42,966 nt of DNA, taken from positions 1 to 42,966 of the IMG/VR virus record IMGVR_UViG_3300030433_003105; one strand, given 5' to 3'. The notes beneath the pieces were generated by a model. The model was given only the letters and a program-made list of their open reading frames with translations. It did not search any database and was not told where the DNA came from. Made by a program: the position numbers and the translations under genes. Below are positions 18,601-28,700 of this stretch, one piece after another (positions within the stretch are counted from its first letter, which is position 1; each line of letters opens with the position of its first letter). This DNA comes from a virus. Its lineage: Duplodnaviria > Caudoviricetes.

Positions 18601-21291
18601 TCCTGTTGCTGCTATTCCAAATCTACCAATACTCAATGGACCTTTTGGTGATGCCGTTGCAGTATCATTAGAATAATCAATACGATTCACCGTCGATCCA
18701 CTACCAGGCCATGATCCAGTACAATGATAACCAAAGTCAGCATTACCTGTTGCTGCATGATTGCTGTTATCATTTTCACTCAATGGACCTTTTGGTGATG
18801 CCGTTGCAGTATCATTAGAATAATCTAGACGATCTGTTGATGATACAGTAGGTTGTTCTACATCACCAGCAGTAAAGTAACCAAATGATTGATTACCTGC
18901 TGCTGCATGAGAATCTCTAGCGGAACTTAGTGGTCCTTTTGGTGATGTTGCGGCAGTATCATTAGAGTAGTCAATACGATCTATTGTCGAGAAATATGGA
19001 CCGGTATTAGCCTGTAGTCCACCAGCAAAGTAACCAAATGATTGATTACCCGTTGCTGCAAGACTAAATTTAATAGCACTTAATGGTCCTTTAGGTGCTG
19101 CTGCTGTTGTGTCATTGGAATAATCAACACGATCTACTTTGGAACTATTAGAAGGAGCTTGACCAGCAGCATAATATCCACCAGAAGCATTTCCAGTAGC
19201 TGAATGGTAAGCAGTAACAGCAGTTAATGGTCCTTTTGGTGTTGCTGTCGCAGTATCATTACCATAATCAATACGATCTACTGTTGATACAGTTGTAAAA
19301 CCAGGAGTGAAATTACCACCACCAAAGTATCCAGTATCAAATCCTGGTGCCGGAGGAGGAAGAATACTGAAAGGTGCAAATGCTTTTGCCAGTTCTAAAA
19401 TACCAAGTCCTATGGCTGGATTGGCATTTTCTCTAGAACTAGTTCCACAAAGATATCTTGTGCCAGCAGTCAATGGTCCTTTTGCTACGGAATTTGCGGT
19501 GTCATTAGAATAATCAAGTCTACCTACTGATGATAATCCACCAGGAGCACCACCACCAAAATATCCATGAGTTGTACTACTTGCCGATCCAGAATCCTGT
19601 CCATTAGTAACATCTCCCTTTTCCAATGCCGTTGCAGTATCATTAGAATAATCAACTCTATTAACTGGGTCACCTCCACCCATAGTAAAATATCCAAAGT
19701 CAGCATTACCCGTTGCACTTAGTTGCCTTTTAGTAGAAGTTAATTGTCCTTTGGGTGATGCCATTACAGTATCATTGGAATAATCGATACGGTCTATTAC
19801 TGATGTGGTGGGTGGAAATCCACCACCAAAATAACCAAAGTCCTGATTACCCGTTGCTGCAAGTTGTTGTCTAGCAACACTCAATGGTCCTTTTGCTACT
19901 GCTGTTGCAGTATCATTAGAATAATCCAAACGTTCTACAGTTGAATTTGTTGGTTGACCACCACCAAAATAACCAAAATCTACATTTCCTACTGCGGATA
20001 AACGATACTTAGCAGCACTTAATGGACCTCTAGGTGCTGTTGCTACTGTATCATTATCATAATTAATACGGTCTACTACTGCAGGACCACCAGTTACATA
20101 TCCAAAAGAAGCACTTGATGTAGCTCCTTGATCTTTTCTATTTCCACTCAATGGTCCTTTTGGTGATGCTTGAGCAGTATCATTAGAATAGTCTATTCTT
20201 TCAATTTTTGACTTACTACTACCAGAAACTTCACCACCTATCATGTAACCAAAGTCAGTTCCTTGTGGAAATACCGGTCTTGGTGCTACTGATGGAAATA
20301 CCGATGTTTGTGGAAGTGCATTTTCCTGAGCACTTGTTGCTACTAAACGACCTCTGGCAACACTTAATGATCCTTTGGGTGATGCCGTAGCAGTATCATT
20401 ATTATAATCAATACGATCTACTGTTGATACTACTGGACCTTCACCACCACCATAATAACCAAAAGAAGAATTGCCTGTTGTTCCACCACCATACTTAGTA
20501 GCACTCAATGGACCTACTGCTGTTGCTGTTGCAGTGTCATTGGAATAATCAATACGATCTACTGTTGATACTGGACCAGGATCACCACCACCAAAGTATC
20601 CAAAATCTTGATTACCCATTGCCGAAACATTAAAACGACCCTGAGTCAATGATCCCACTACCGATGCCGTTACAGTATCATTAGAGTAATCAACACGATC
20701 TACTGTTGTTTTTCCAGGAGAACCACCACCAAAGTATCCAAAAGAAGCATTACCTGTTGCTCCCAATCCACCTCTATTCTCATGCAATGGTCCTTTTGGT
20801 GATGCAGTTACAGTGTCATTAGAGTAATCTACACGATCTATTGTTGATGTTCCAGGTGTACCACCACCAAAATAACCAAAGTCCTGATTACCTGTTGCTG
20901 CATGTGATCGTCGGTTACCACTTAAGAAACCTTTAGGTAATGCGTCTACAGTATCGTTAGAATAATCAATACGGTCTACTTTTGATGTTGAACTAGGAGT
21001 ACGACCTCCACCAAAGTAACCGAAGTTAGAATTTCCTGTTGCTGCTAGAAGTCTTCTACCTTGAGAAAATGGTCCTTTTTCTACTGCCGTTGCAGTATCA
21101 TTATCATAATTAATACGATCTACTGTTGATTTATTAGGCGCACCACCACCAAAGTATCCAAAAGGATGTGTAACCCTAAAAGAACTCGGAGGTAACCACA
21201 CCTCATTTTTTACAGTCCAAGCATCAAAACGTTGTCTCTTAGATACATCACGTAATCCAAATATTCCTCTTTTATTTCTATAACTTGCCAT
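15598..21291 (-). CDS. giant Kelch-like repeat protein, six predicted 6-bladed beta-propellers; probably virion-associated
   Basis: About 36 repeats of ~47 aa, consensus FGYFGGG-var-STVDRIDYSNDTATASPKGPLS..R..AATGN, in six blocks separated by linkers. Confidence 0.8.
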   Translation of the reverse strand: MASYRNKRGIFGLRDVSKRQRFDAWTVKNEVWLPPSSFRVTHPFGYFGGGAPNKSTVDRINYDNDTATAVEKGPFSQGRRLLAATGNSNFGYFGGGRTPSSTSKVDRIDYSNDTVDALPKGFLSGNRRSHAATGNQDFGYFGGGTPGTSTIDRVDYSNDTVTASPKGPLHENRGGLGATGNASFGYFGGGSPGKTTVDRVDYSNDTVTASVVGSLTQGRFNVSAMGNQDFGYFGGGDPGPVSTVDRIDYSNDTATATAVGPLSATKYGGGTTGNSSFGYYGGGEGPVVSTVDRIDYNNDTATASPKGSLSVARGRLVATSAQENALPQTSVFPSVAPRPVFPQGTDFGYMIGGEVSGSSKSKIERIDYSNDTAQASPKGPLSGNRKDQGATSSASFGYVTGGPAVVDRINYDNDTVATAPRGPLSAAKYRLSAVGNVDFGYFGGGQPTNSTVERLDYSNDTATAVAKGPLSVARQQLAATGNQDFGYFGGGFPPTTSVIDRIDYSNDTVMASPKGQLTSTKRQLSATGNADFGYFTMGGGDPVNRVDYSNDTATALEKGDVTNGQDSGSASSTTHGYFGGGAPGGLSSVGRLDYSNDTANSVAKGPLTAGTRYLCGTSSRENANPAIGLGILELAKAFAPFSILPPPAPGFDTGYFGGGNFTPGFTTVSTVDRIDYGNDTATATPKGPLTAVTAYHSATGNASGGYYAAGQAPSNSSKVDRVDYSNDTTAAAPKGPLSAIKFSLAATGNQSFGYFAGGLQANTGPYFSTIDRIDYSNDTAATSPKGPLSSARDSHAAAGNQSFGYFTAGDVEQPTVSSTDRLDYSNDTATASPKGPLSENDNSNHAATGNADFGYHCTGSWPGSGSTVNRIDYSNDTATASPKGPLSIGRFGIAATGDQSFGYFAGGKAGTIGANGTTTVDRIDYSNDTPTTPTKGPLSIARRQLRASSSRANAIPTTIDFAPTSSVGTDFGYVGGGDAGSGPKLSSIDRIDYSNDTATASPKGQLNAGRYSLAATGNASFGYFGGGFDPGASTIERIDYSNDTADAATKGQLSTPGVPIQGVAATGNQSFGYFAGGGVPTKSTVDRIDYSNDTATASPKGQLTSSRGRLAGTGNQSFGYFGGGFPGPLSRVDRIDYSNDTETASPKGPLSIARYFLAATGNASFGYFGGGENGSQYSRVDRIDYSSDTVDASPKGPLNHSKKRMGATGNTSFGYFAGGHPGPVDTVVRVDYSNDTATASPKGPLSAARDYGAATSSRAYANPTEISNLTHYAAGTPATSHFGYIANHAPSPTLERYDYSNDTTDPVVKGTLSPGQPYHFSSTGNASFGYFGGGYGPLSIVTRLNYLNDTGTPSPKGNLAVSVELQAGYGNQNFGYYAGGSTPSRISTIQRIDYSNDGATASPKGPLNSTRSEILNAGFGTQDFGYTAGGLGNGSNASITRLDYSNDTATALTRGNTSGKWNKAATGNANFGYIASGYTWTSNVERLDYANDTNNTTVRCFLNDEVSLSTGFGDLDFGYFAGGHRPSGGPRTSIDRIDYANDTANAVIRANKGVDNHGNASIGARSFGFTAILGPSVVSNAAAVAGSFNPTEFGYFVHGASPYPHTVTVDRIDYTNDTVDASPKGSLASGVRADQSGSVGNSFFGYVVGGYRNTESRISRIQYINDTATAVVSGFISAARNDVYPVGNKNFGYFAGGNSSSNYLSRVSTVDRVDYSNDTGTTPTKGPLSAAKYRGGAAGNQNFGYICGGITDGSAKSTVDRIDYSNDTADASPKGDLSIARISNAATGNANFGYVGGGASGYSGPHHSSIDRIDYSNDTATASPKGPLSRDKFRHGATGSNSFGYFAGGQPGNGTLRSEIDRINYSNDTVTATPKGPLTSAKDLLSGVSAAENALPQ

Positions 21292-22111
21292 TTTCTATCA
21301 AGTAAGGGCTGTCTGGATACTTCCAGTATTCCAGTTTCTTATACTTATTTAGAATGAAAGAAGACAACACTTCTTCAGGTTTCTTTGATGTCTTCTTGAC
21401 TTTGTTACGAACATAGTGCATATCTTTCAAGTTCCACTGGTCTTCACTTTCTCTGTGATTGTTCTGCACATTATTAAAATCATGATGATAGTAATCAACC
21501 TCTAAGAAATCATAGATTCTTCTCATCGTTTCTTCGGGAGTATTGACTAAATCATCATACTCAACCATCAACAAATACTTATCATCATGACGAATGAATG
21601 CCTGTGATTGTGCCCATAGTGCCTGCTCTACAATACCATCATCACCCATAAGATACTGACAACGATTATCATCATCCACAGTAAATCCACCATCCATCAG
21701 TGCCTTATCAACAAAATTAAGTTCATCAGAATTACGATGGATCATTGTGATGAAAGAAGTTAATACCTCCACGACATCACGAACTGGGCAAATGATCTTG
21801 GGATTGGGAGTAATATAAGTCTTCAATCGTTCAATATTATTTGGCCATGCACGACAGTGATCAATAATTATTTCTTCTTCTCTCTCATAATATTGATTCT
21901 CTATAAAACTACTGATGATCTTATGAGCATTCTGTGGTTTTGGATATCCTAAGTATTGTTCCGATTGCTTAAAGTATTGCTCCGTATGATACATCAGTTC
22001 CATTACAGAACTCACAGGTTCTGTATGAATGTTTGGATTCTGGTCAATCAAACTTTTCAATAAGGTGCTTCCGGATCGTGGAAGACCTGCCATAAAATGA
22101 TATGTTTTCAT
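21278..22111 (-). CDS. PAPS-dependent sulfotransferase
   Basis: 5'-PSB motif GLPRSGSTLL, 3'-PB RD....LTS, YDDLV..PEETMRRIYDFL. Confidence 0.9.
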   Translation of the reverse strand: MKTYHFMAGLPRSGSTLLKSLIDQNPNIHTEPVSSVMELMYHTEQYFKQSEQYLGYPKPQNAHKIISSFIENQYYEREEEIIIDHCRAWPNNIERLKTYITPNPKIICPVRDVVEVLTSFITMIHRNSDELNFVDKALMDGGFTVDDDNRCQYLMGDDGIVEQALWAQSQAFIRHDDKYLLMVEYDDLVNTPEETMRRIYDFLEVDYYHHDFNNVQNNHRESEDQWNLKDMHYVRNKVKKTSKKPEEVLSSFILNKYKKLEYWKYPDSPYLIENGKL

Positions 22112-22729
22112 TCACCACTCTTCTATAGGATTAAAAAAGAACAATTGAACCATACGACCATTTTCTAGTGTATCACCAAAATTATAATTATGCGAATGCC
22201 ACAAATGAGTTCTGAATAATACCAATCGATTATACTTCATCGGACACAAAAAGTATCGTGTCCATTTATCTCTATCCAGACCATCACCATACACAGTGCT
22301 CCACCAACATTCTCTATACGTTGGCCATCCGTGATGCTGTGCCTCAAAGTCAGTCTTGGGAATATTTTCTATCTTTAAAGTATTGTGTCTCCAGAATGAT
22401 GTTCCACCCTCATCCACACAATCTTTTGGATCGGATATGTAAATCACGGCACCCCATTCCCATGATGGGTCCACATGAACGTCCTGTTTATAAGAATCCT
22501 TCTCTAATGAAATACGAAAATATCCATTCTTAGGAGCAGGTATTAGTGGATGCCTAACAAGATTTTCAAACTTTCTATGAATTTCTTCAGAATAATAAAA
22601 ATCTTCTGAGTTTCTTCCGGGATATGTATAATCTTCACCAGGATCAGGAAACTCTGCGTTCAGTGCACAATTCCTAACCTCTTCTGGGTTATCATAAAAA
22701 TCATCGACAACAATAATATTCTGTCTCAT
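22112..22729 (-). CDS. 2OG-Fe(II) oxygenase-fold protein (DUF6445-like)
   Basis: IVVDDFY.NP, YPG.NS, HVD, GGTSFW, YNRLVLF...LWHS, R.VQLFFF. Confidence 0.82.
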   Translation of the reverse strand: MRQNIIVVDDFYDNPEEVRNCALNAEFPDPGEDYTYPGRNSEDFYYSEEIHRKFENLVRHPLIPAPKNGYFRISLEKDSYKQDVHVDPSWEWGAVIYISDPKDCVDEGGTSFWRHNTLKIENIPKTDFEAQHHGWPTYRECWWSTVYGDGLDRDKWTRYFLCPMKYNRLVLFRTHLWHSHNYNFGDTLENGRMVQLFFFNPIEEW

Positions 22730-22737
22730 ATTAAAAT

Positions 22738-23271
22738 TTAAACATTAGTTATTAACAACTTCTGATATATCATTGAATTATTTATTTGGTCACCAAAACC
22801 ATTTCCATATGAATGCCACAAATCTGCACTGAATAATACAATACGATTATATTTTACATACACATCTGAATATTTTTTCCAATCTTCCTCAATATCAACA
22901 TTGAAGGTTTCTTGCATATCTTCATGTGTATGTAAACCATGCAACTGACGAGCATACTCATTAGGGAATGAATCAAATCCAGTCTTTAGATGACTATAAA
23001 AACTCATACCTTTTTTTGATACGCAGTCACCAGGCATTGTTAAATAGATGACTGCAATCCAATCACAGGCAACATTGGCAGTGATTGGATTTGGACTATC
23101 TTCAGTTAAATGTTCATCGAATAAATTTTCTACCTTTATCTGACGACTCAGAAGGTGTGAAATCTTCTGAGGTGCTTCGTCAGTAAAAATTGGTTCACCT
23201 TCGATAATACCTTTATAATACTTGTGTGCATTATCATAAAAGTCATCGGCAATAATAATCTTTTGATTCAT
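22738..23271 (-). CDS. DUF6445-like paralogue lacking the HxD motif
   Basis: Shares IIADDFYDN, W.AVIYL and YNRIVLF...LWHS...FGD with the adjacent gene; HVD is replaced by TAN. Confidence 0.75.
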   Translation of the reverse strand: MNQKIIIADDFYDNAHKYYKGIIEGEPIFTDEAPQKISHLLSRQIKVENLFDEHLTEDSPNPITANVACDWIAVIYLTMPGDCVSKKGMSFYSHLKTGFDSFPNEYARQLHGLHTHEDMQETFNVDIEEDWKKYSDVYVKYNRIVLFSADLWHSYGNGFGDQINNSMIYQKLLITNV

Positions 23272-23274
23272 TGA

Positions 23275-25029
23275 TCAACCCTGCAGTTTCTTTTGCTCCT
23301 CTTGTGGAGAACCTGTAATCATACCAAGATTTTCTCCGGTAACTTCCTGAATACCAGTGAGAACTTTCTTCTGAAGATCATTAAGGAAGTCCATCTTACC
23401 TTGAGGACTTTCGAGGATCTTATTGAGAGGCATGTAACCTTCTGGGAGGGTGTTCCTTGGATCAACAATCGAAGGTGCAGAAGCACGACGCATACTGTGA
23501 AGGTTACCGATAGAGATACCAGTCTGTGCAGCAACCATTTCGTCCATTGCCTGATCAGCAAAACGACGTTCCCAATAAGCACCATCAGACTCAAGGAACT
23601 GCTCTCTACTGACTGGTTTGCCACCATTCTGTTCCAGAAGCTTCTCAAGAATCTTGTCCAGGTGCTCCATCTGGTGCAAACGGTCACGAATCTCAAGTTC
23701 AGAAGACTTCAGGTAATGAGTCAGTGAGAGTTCATCTAAATCAAACCAGCACAATTCCTTTGCTCCTCCACCAGGACCACCAGTTTCCCACATGATTGGT
23801 TGACTACGGTCCTTACCTGCCCACTTGAATTCAAACTCACGAACCTTTCTCTTCATCTCAATGAGTTTATACATGTAACCCTCTGCCATCTGACGACGAG
23901 ACTTCAGAGTGTTCTCAAAAGCAACTGGAAGTGTATGAGTTTCAAGTAGTGCGAACTTCTCCAACTGGAAGTTAGTTCTACCTTGTGCAAGTTCCTTATC
24001 ACTCTCCTCCCATCTCATTACATTGGCAAATGCCTGTTGAAGATACTCATCATCCATCACTGCCTGCTCAGAAGTGATTGGATTATAAGACAGTGCAGTG
24101 TTTTCGTTAGTCATGGGTTCTCCCTTTACGATTTTAGTAATTAATTTTTTCCATTGTTGTGCGATTTTCTTCCAGTCACACTTCTGTGAGATGTGATTAG
24201 AAAGAGATTTTGAGATTTGATTATAATATGTTCTGTCCCCTTCAAAATAATCTAGAGCAGTACAACAAACCTCGGCAAATGTATTTAGAAAGTTTTCGGT
24301 GACCTCATATTTTGCTGGTGTTCGGGTTCCTTCCAATGGAACAACCGAAGCAAAATTGTCACCGGCAACTTCAGATAGTGCTCCAATATTAGTAATAATT
24401 GGATAAGCACCGGACTTCATTGCCTCTGCCATGGCAACACAGAAGGTCTCCTCCCAAATATTTGGATGAATGAAGAAAGCAGATTCTTGATAAGCAGAAA
24501 CAAGTTCTTCTTGATCAACTGCGGCAGAGTATTCTACATTAGGAAGTTTTTTTAGATCCTCATACAATTCAAGATAAGGATCATTCATCGGTCCATACAG
24601 TGACATTGATGAAAAGATTTTAAACTTTGCATCAGGATGCTTCTGATGAATCTTCTGTATGATAGCAGGCATCAATTCTAAACCTTTGTAAGGAATAGAA
24701 GTATGAATAAAAGTCTTTGTTTTGTTTTCAGAATAGGTGAAGATATCATTCACACCATTTGAAATTACAGTAATTTTATTCTTAGGAACATTGTGGAACT
24801 TGATCAGTTGTTCCTTTGCCCAATGAGATGGTGTCACAATGTGAGTTACCGTCTCATGATTGAAATTTAAAAATGCTGGTTGATCATAAGCATGGTGTGC
24901 CCACAAAACTTTATATGGTTTATTAGATTTTTTCAGTTCTTCCGGAAGATGAGAAACTTTTACCTCTTCTGGAAACTCATAATATTGTGAAAGATAATGA
25001 AATGAACTTTCAGTTGCTCCAGACTTCAT
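23275..25029 (-). CDS. GT-B (GT4-like) glycosyltransferase fused to a helical C-terminal domain
   Basis: TS.PYKGL and ETFCVAMAEAM (EX7E) in the first ~300 aa; unrelated charged helical domain after M306. Confidence 0.82.
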   Translation of the reverse strand: MKSGATESSFHYLSQYYEFPEEVKVSHLPEELKKSNKPYKVLWAHHAYDQPAFLNFNHETVTHIVTPSHWAKEQLIKFHNVPKNKITVISNGVNDIFTYSENKTKTFIHTSIPYKGLELMPAIIQKIHQKHPDAKFKIFSSMSLYGPMNDPYLELYEDLKKLPNVEYSAAVDQEELVSAYQESAFFIHPNIWEETFCVAMAEAMKSGAYPIITNIGALSEVAGDNFASVVPLEGTRTPAKYEVTENFLNTFAEVCCTALDYFEGDRTYYNQISKSLSNHISQKCDWKKIAQQWKKLITKIVKGEPMTNENTALSYNPITSEQAVMDDEYLQQAFANVMRWEESDKELAQGRTNFQLEKFALLETHTLPVAFENTLKSRRQMAEGYMYKLIEMKRKVREFEFKWAGKDRSQPIMWETGGPGGGAKELCWFDLDELSLTHYLKSSELEIRDRLHQMEHLDKILEKLLEQNGGKPVSREQFLESDGAYWERRFADQAMDEMVAAQTGISIGNLHSMRRASAPSIVDPRNTLPEGYMPLNKILESPQGKMDFLNDLQKKVLTGIQEVTGENLGMITGSPQEEQKKLQG

Positions 25030-25031
25030 AA

Positions 25032-25685
25032 TTATTCAGCAAAAACGTGTGAACCAACGTGTTGTAGTTTGATTGTAGTATCTAGCCAATGAGTATACCC
25101 CGTCATTCTAGCACGATAAAAGAAACTTTTATCTTCTGATAAAAAACTATCATCAATCTTTTCTTCTGCAAAATAATGATATGAGTTATTCATTTCTGCT
25201 TCTGTTGGTGGATAGTTACTATCATTTGTTGATGGTGTGTATTTGAGATATGGAAACTTCTGTGCAATATCAGTAAAGACACTACGATGGATCATCACAA
25301 ATCCCATTCCATTTCCACCAACCTTGAGTAGATCACCCCTACGTTCTTCTGGTTCTAAAACATCAACACAATACCGAATCGGTATTGTCTTCATAGGATA
25401 TGTGCCAGAAACAATAGGTTCATTATGACTCAATAATTTTAGCACATCTTCCGGATCAAATCCAATATCACTATCAAGGAAGAACAGATATTCGTGGTCC
25501 GTATTATTGATAAAAAAGTTTGCACACTTAGACCTTCCATGAGTAATCAAGGAAGAGTTTGCCTGAGTGAGAAGACCATGTGGAATATTATTTCTTACTA
25601 AGAGTTTGCCCAGATTGAACAAACTCATTGTCGTTTTCTCATTCACAATTCCCCCGTGACAGGGGAGTGCGATCATTATACCCAT
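25032..25685 (-). CDS. GT-A fold (GT2-like) glycosyltransferase
   Basis: IMIALP, LFFLDSD (DxD), GMGFVMIHRSVF, SEDKSF, H.G. Confidence 0.8.
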   Translation of the reverse strand: MGIMIALPCHGGIVNEKTTMSLFNLGKLLVRNNIPHGLLTQANSSLITHGRSKCANFFINNTDHEYLFFLDSDIGFDPEDVLKLLSHNEPIVSGTYPMKTIPIRYCVDVLEPEERRGDLLKVGGNGMGFVMIHRSVFTDIAQKFPYLKYTPSTNDSNYPPTEAEMNNSYHYFAEEKIDDSFLSEDKSFFYRARMTGYTHWLDTTIKLQHVGSHVFAE

Positions 25686-25696
25686 ATCAAATAACA

Positions 25697-25735
25697 GTTT
25701 TGTTTATTATAACATATTATTGTGGAAGTGCATTT
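25697..25735. repeat. 39-bp direct repeat, copy 2
   Basis: Identical to 15578-15616; contains TGTTATAAT on the minus strand. Confidence 0.9.
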
Positions 25736-28700
25736 GCCGCTGCAGAGAATCCCTGATTAGGTCTACCACTATTATTGCTTCCTAGAGGACCTTTTGGTGA
25801 TGCCGTTGATGTATCACTAGAATAATCAAGACGATATACTGTTGTATATGAATTAGAGGAATAATTAAGACCAGTAAAGTAACCGAAAGAAGTATTACCT
25901 GTTGCACTAGTATACTGGAATGCAGTAGGTAATGGTCCTTTTGGTGATGCTTGAGCAGTATCATTAGAATAATCAACACGACTTAGACTGGTGATACTTC
26001 CTCCATTATCTCCTGCAACGTATCCATAACTGGCATTTCCAGTAGCAGCACATCTTTGTCTCGAATGGTCCAAAAGTCCTTTCAGAGACCAGGTAACATT
26101 ATCATTAGAATAGTCCATTCTTTGAACTTGTGAACCAGCTGAAGGAACCCCTGGTGGAGCATAGGCACTTCCACTTCCACCCATGAAATATGCAGAACTT
26201 GCATTGCCACATGCAGAGGTATCATTTGTTCCTACGGCAAGATTTCCTCTTATAATACAATCAGTCGTATCATTAGCATAATCAAGACGGTTGACAGCAC
26301 TACTACCATCGACAGGAGAAGGTGCTAATGGACCACTTAAATTCCAACCACCAGCCCAATATCCATAATTGGTATTGCTTACTGCAGCACCACCACCTGG
26401 TGAACCATAATTACCAGCAAAGAGCTGAGATCGATATGCTATACCAAAAAGATCATTTTGATAATCAAATCTAGCAATTCCACCATAATTACTCAGAGTA
26501 GGTTGTCCAGCTGGTAAATCGGATGAAGGTGCTGACTGCCCGGTGGCAATATATCCGTAAGTTTGACTTGAATTTGCATTGCAGTGATTACCAGCAAGTA
26601 TTCCTGCCGGGCTAGGTGCTCCCCTTCCGGTCTCAGTATCATTAGTATAATCTATTCTAGCTACACCTCTACCGTTTGGTTGCATAAAGTACCCAAAATT
26701 CGTCGCAACGTTACTTGCTAATGGGAATGGGAATTTATTTTCATCCAATCCTTTCTCCATTGAAGAAACACCTGATGCATATTGACCAATACGTTCAAGT
26801 CCTGTGGTAGCTGAAGGACTACGTGGCAACGCATTTGCGGTATCATTGGAGTAGTCTAATCGGCAAATCAAGTTCTCATTATATTGCCAGAAGTATCCCA
26901 TGGCTCCATCTCCTGTTGCATTAGGTTGCTCTTGTCCAGGACCGGCATTTAATGCACCCTTTGGTATTGTTGCATTAGTGTCATTTGAAAAATCAAGACG
27001 ATTAAAATTACTACGATTGGTGGAAGGATCATTACCACCACCAAGATAAGCATAATTGGCATTACTAGATGTAGCACCTGATCGTCTCGTATCTGTTAAA
27101 GAACCTTTAGGTGCTGCTGCAGCAGTATCATTAGAGTAATCAATACGATCTATTACTGATGTTTCAGTACTACCGGTAAAACCACCAATGTAGTATCCAA
27201 AATTCTGATTTCCTGTTAAATGTCCTGGTGAAAGATATCGACCAATCGAAATTTTTCCTTTTTGTGAACCAGTTGCAGTATCATTGGAGTAATCAATACG
27301 TTGTACGTTAGTGTAATATCCAGGAATGAAATATGCAACGTCGGCAGAACCAGTTGCTGCTCCATAACTTTGACTGAAAGTAGGAGTAGAAGTATCAAGA
27401 GTACCTCTAAATGCAGGTGCTGCAAAATCATTTGCATAATCCATACGTTCAAATCTTGATTCACTAGGGGCTCCTGCAAAGAAATATCCAAAGAAATTAT
27501 TACCTGTTGCTCCACCATAATCACTACGAACCGCTTGTAATGGTGCTGCTAATGTTCCAGTATCATTAAATGTATTATATTTGTGTATCCTACCTCCACC
27601 AGGATTACCACCACCAAAGTATACAAAATTAGCAGCTGGGAATCCAAATTGTGGAGAATTTGAATAATCATTTTTAAGCACGGCATTAACAGGATTTCCA
27701 TTCTGTCTTGCAGAAGCTCCTTTATCATCACTAAAAGGTCCTTGTGCTGGATTCGCTGAATAAAGATTAATCTCACTTATAAAAGTATCACTAGCATAAT
27801 CCAGACGTTCTACACTACTATTTCCAGGAGATCCTCCAAAGAAATATGCAGCACTATCACTACCAAAACCAGCCATTTGATTTCCTGGTGAAGGGGATGG
27901 TTGTGATATAAAGGCTTTTGTTATTGCTGTGGCAGTATCATTTGAAAAATCTAGACGATCCACTCTTGATCTGTGAGAACTACCAGCATCACCACCAGCC
28001 CAGTAACCAAAGTCTGCATTACTAGATGCTCCAAAATATCTTCTGGCAGCAGTTAATGGTCCTTTAGGTGTTGCTGCAGCAGTATCATTAGAATAATCAA
28101 TACGCTCTGTTGTTGATGTTGGATCTGCAGGAGCCGTTGCACCACCTGAATGATAACCATAATTTTGATTTCCAGTTCCAGCATGTTTATCTCTACTTAA
28201 GGTCAAATCTCCTTTTGGAGCTGGTGCCGTTAAATCATTAGCATAATCCAATCTAGTCGTATTTGATGTTCTATTCGGAGTCGCTCCCCCGGCAAACCAT
28301 GCATAAGAGGTGTTGAATGAAGAACCTGCATTATACATAGTAGATGGAAGATTAGCTCTAAACAAAGTGTTAGAAGAATCATCTGCATAATCTACTCTCT
28401 GAACTTGACTACCACTAGTGTATTGTCCAGCAAAGTATGCATGATTATTACTCGAAGCATATTGATTTCTTCCGTTACTAAAGTAGTTATTGCCATGAGC
28501 CCTTCCTGCCAACAAGGATGCAGTATTACTCGCAAAATCATATTTGTATAAGTTGGTTCCACTATTTCCTGGTTGTGATAATACAGCAAAATTCGGAGGT
28601 TGAACTACATTTGTGGCAAAATTATATACCTCTGGGAAAGGAACAGCAGTAGTTGGAAGTGCTCCATGATGAGAACTTGTTGCTCCTAGTTCTTTTTTAG

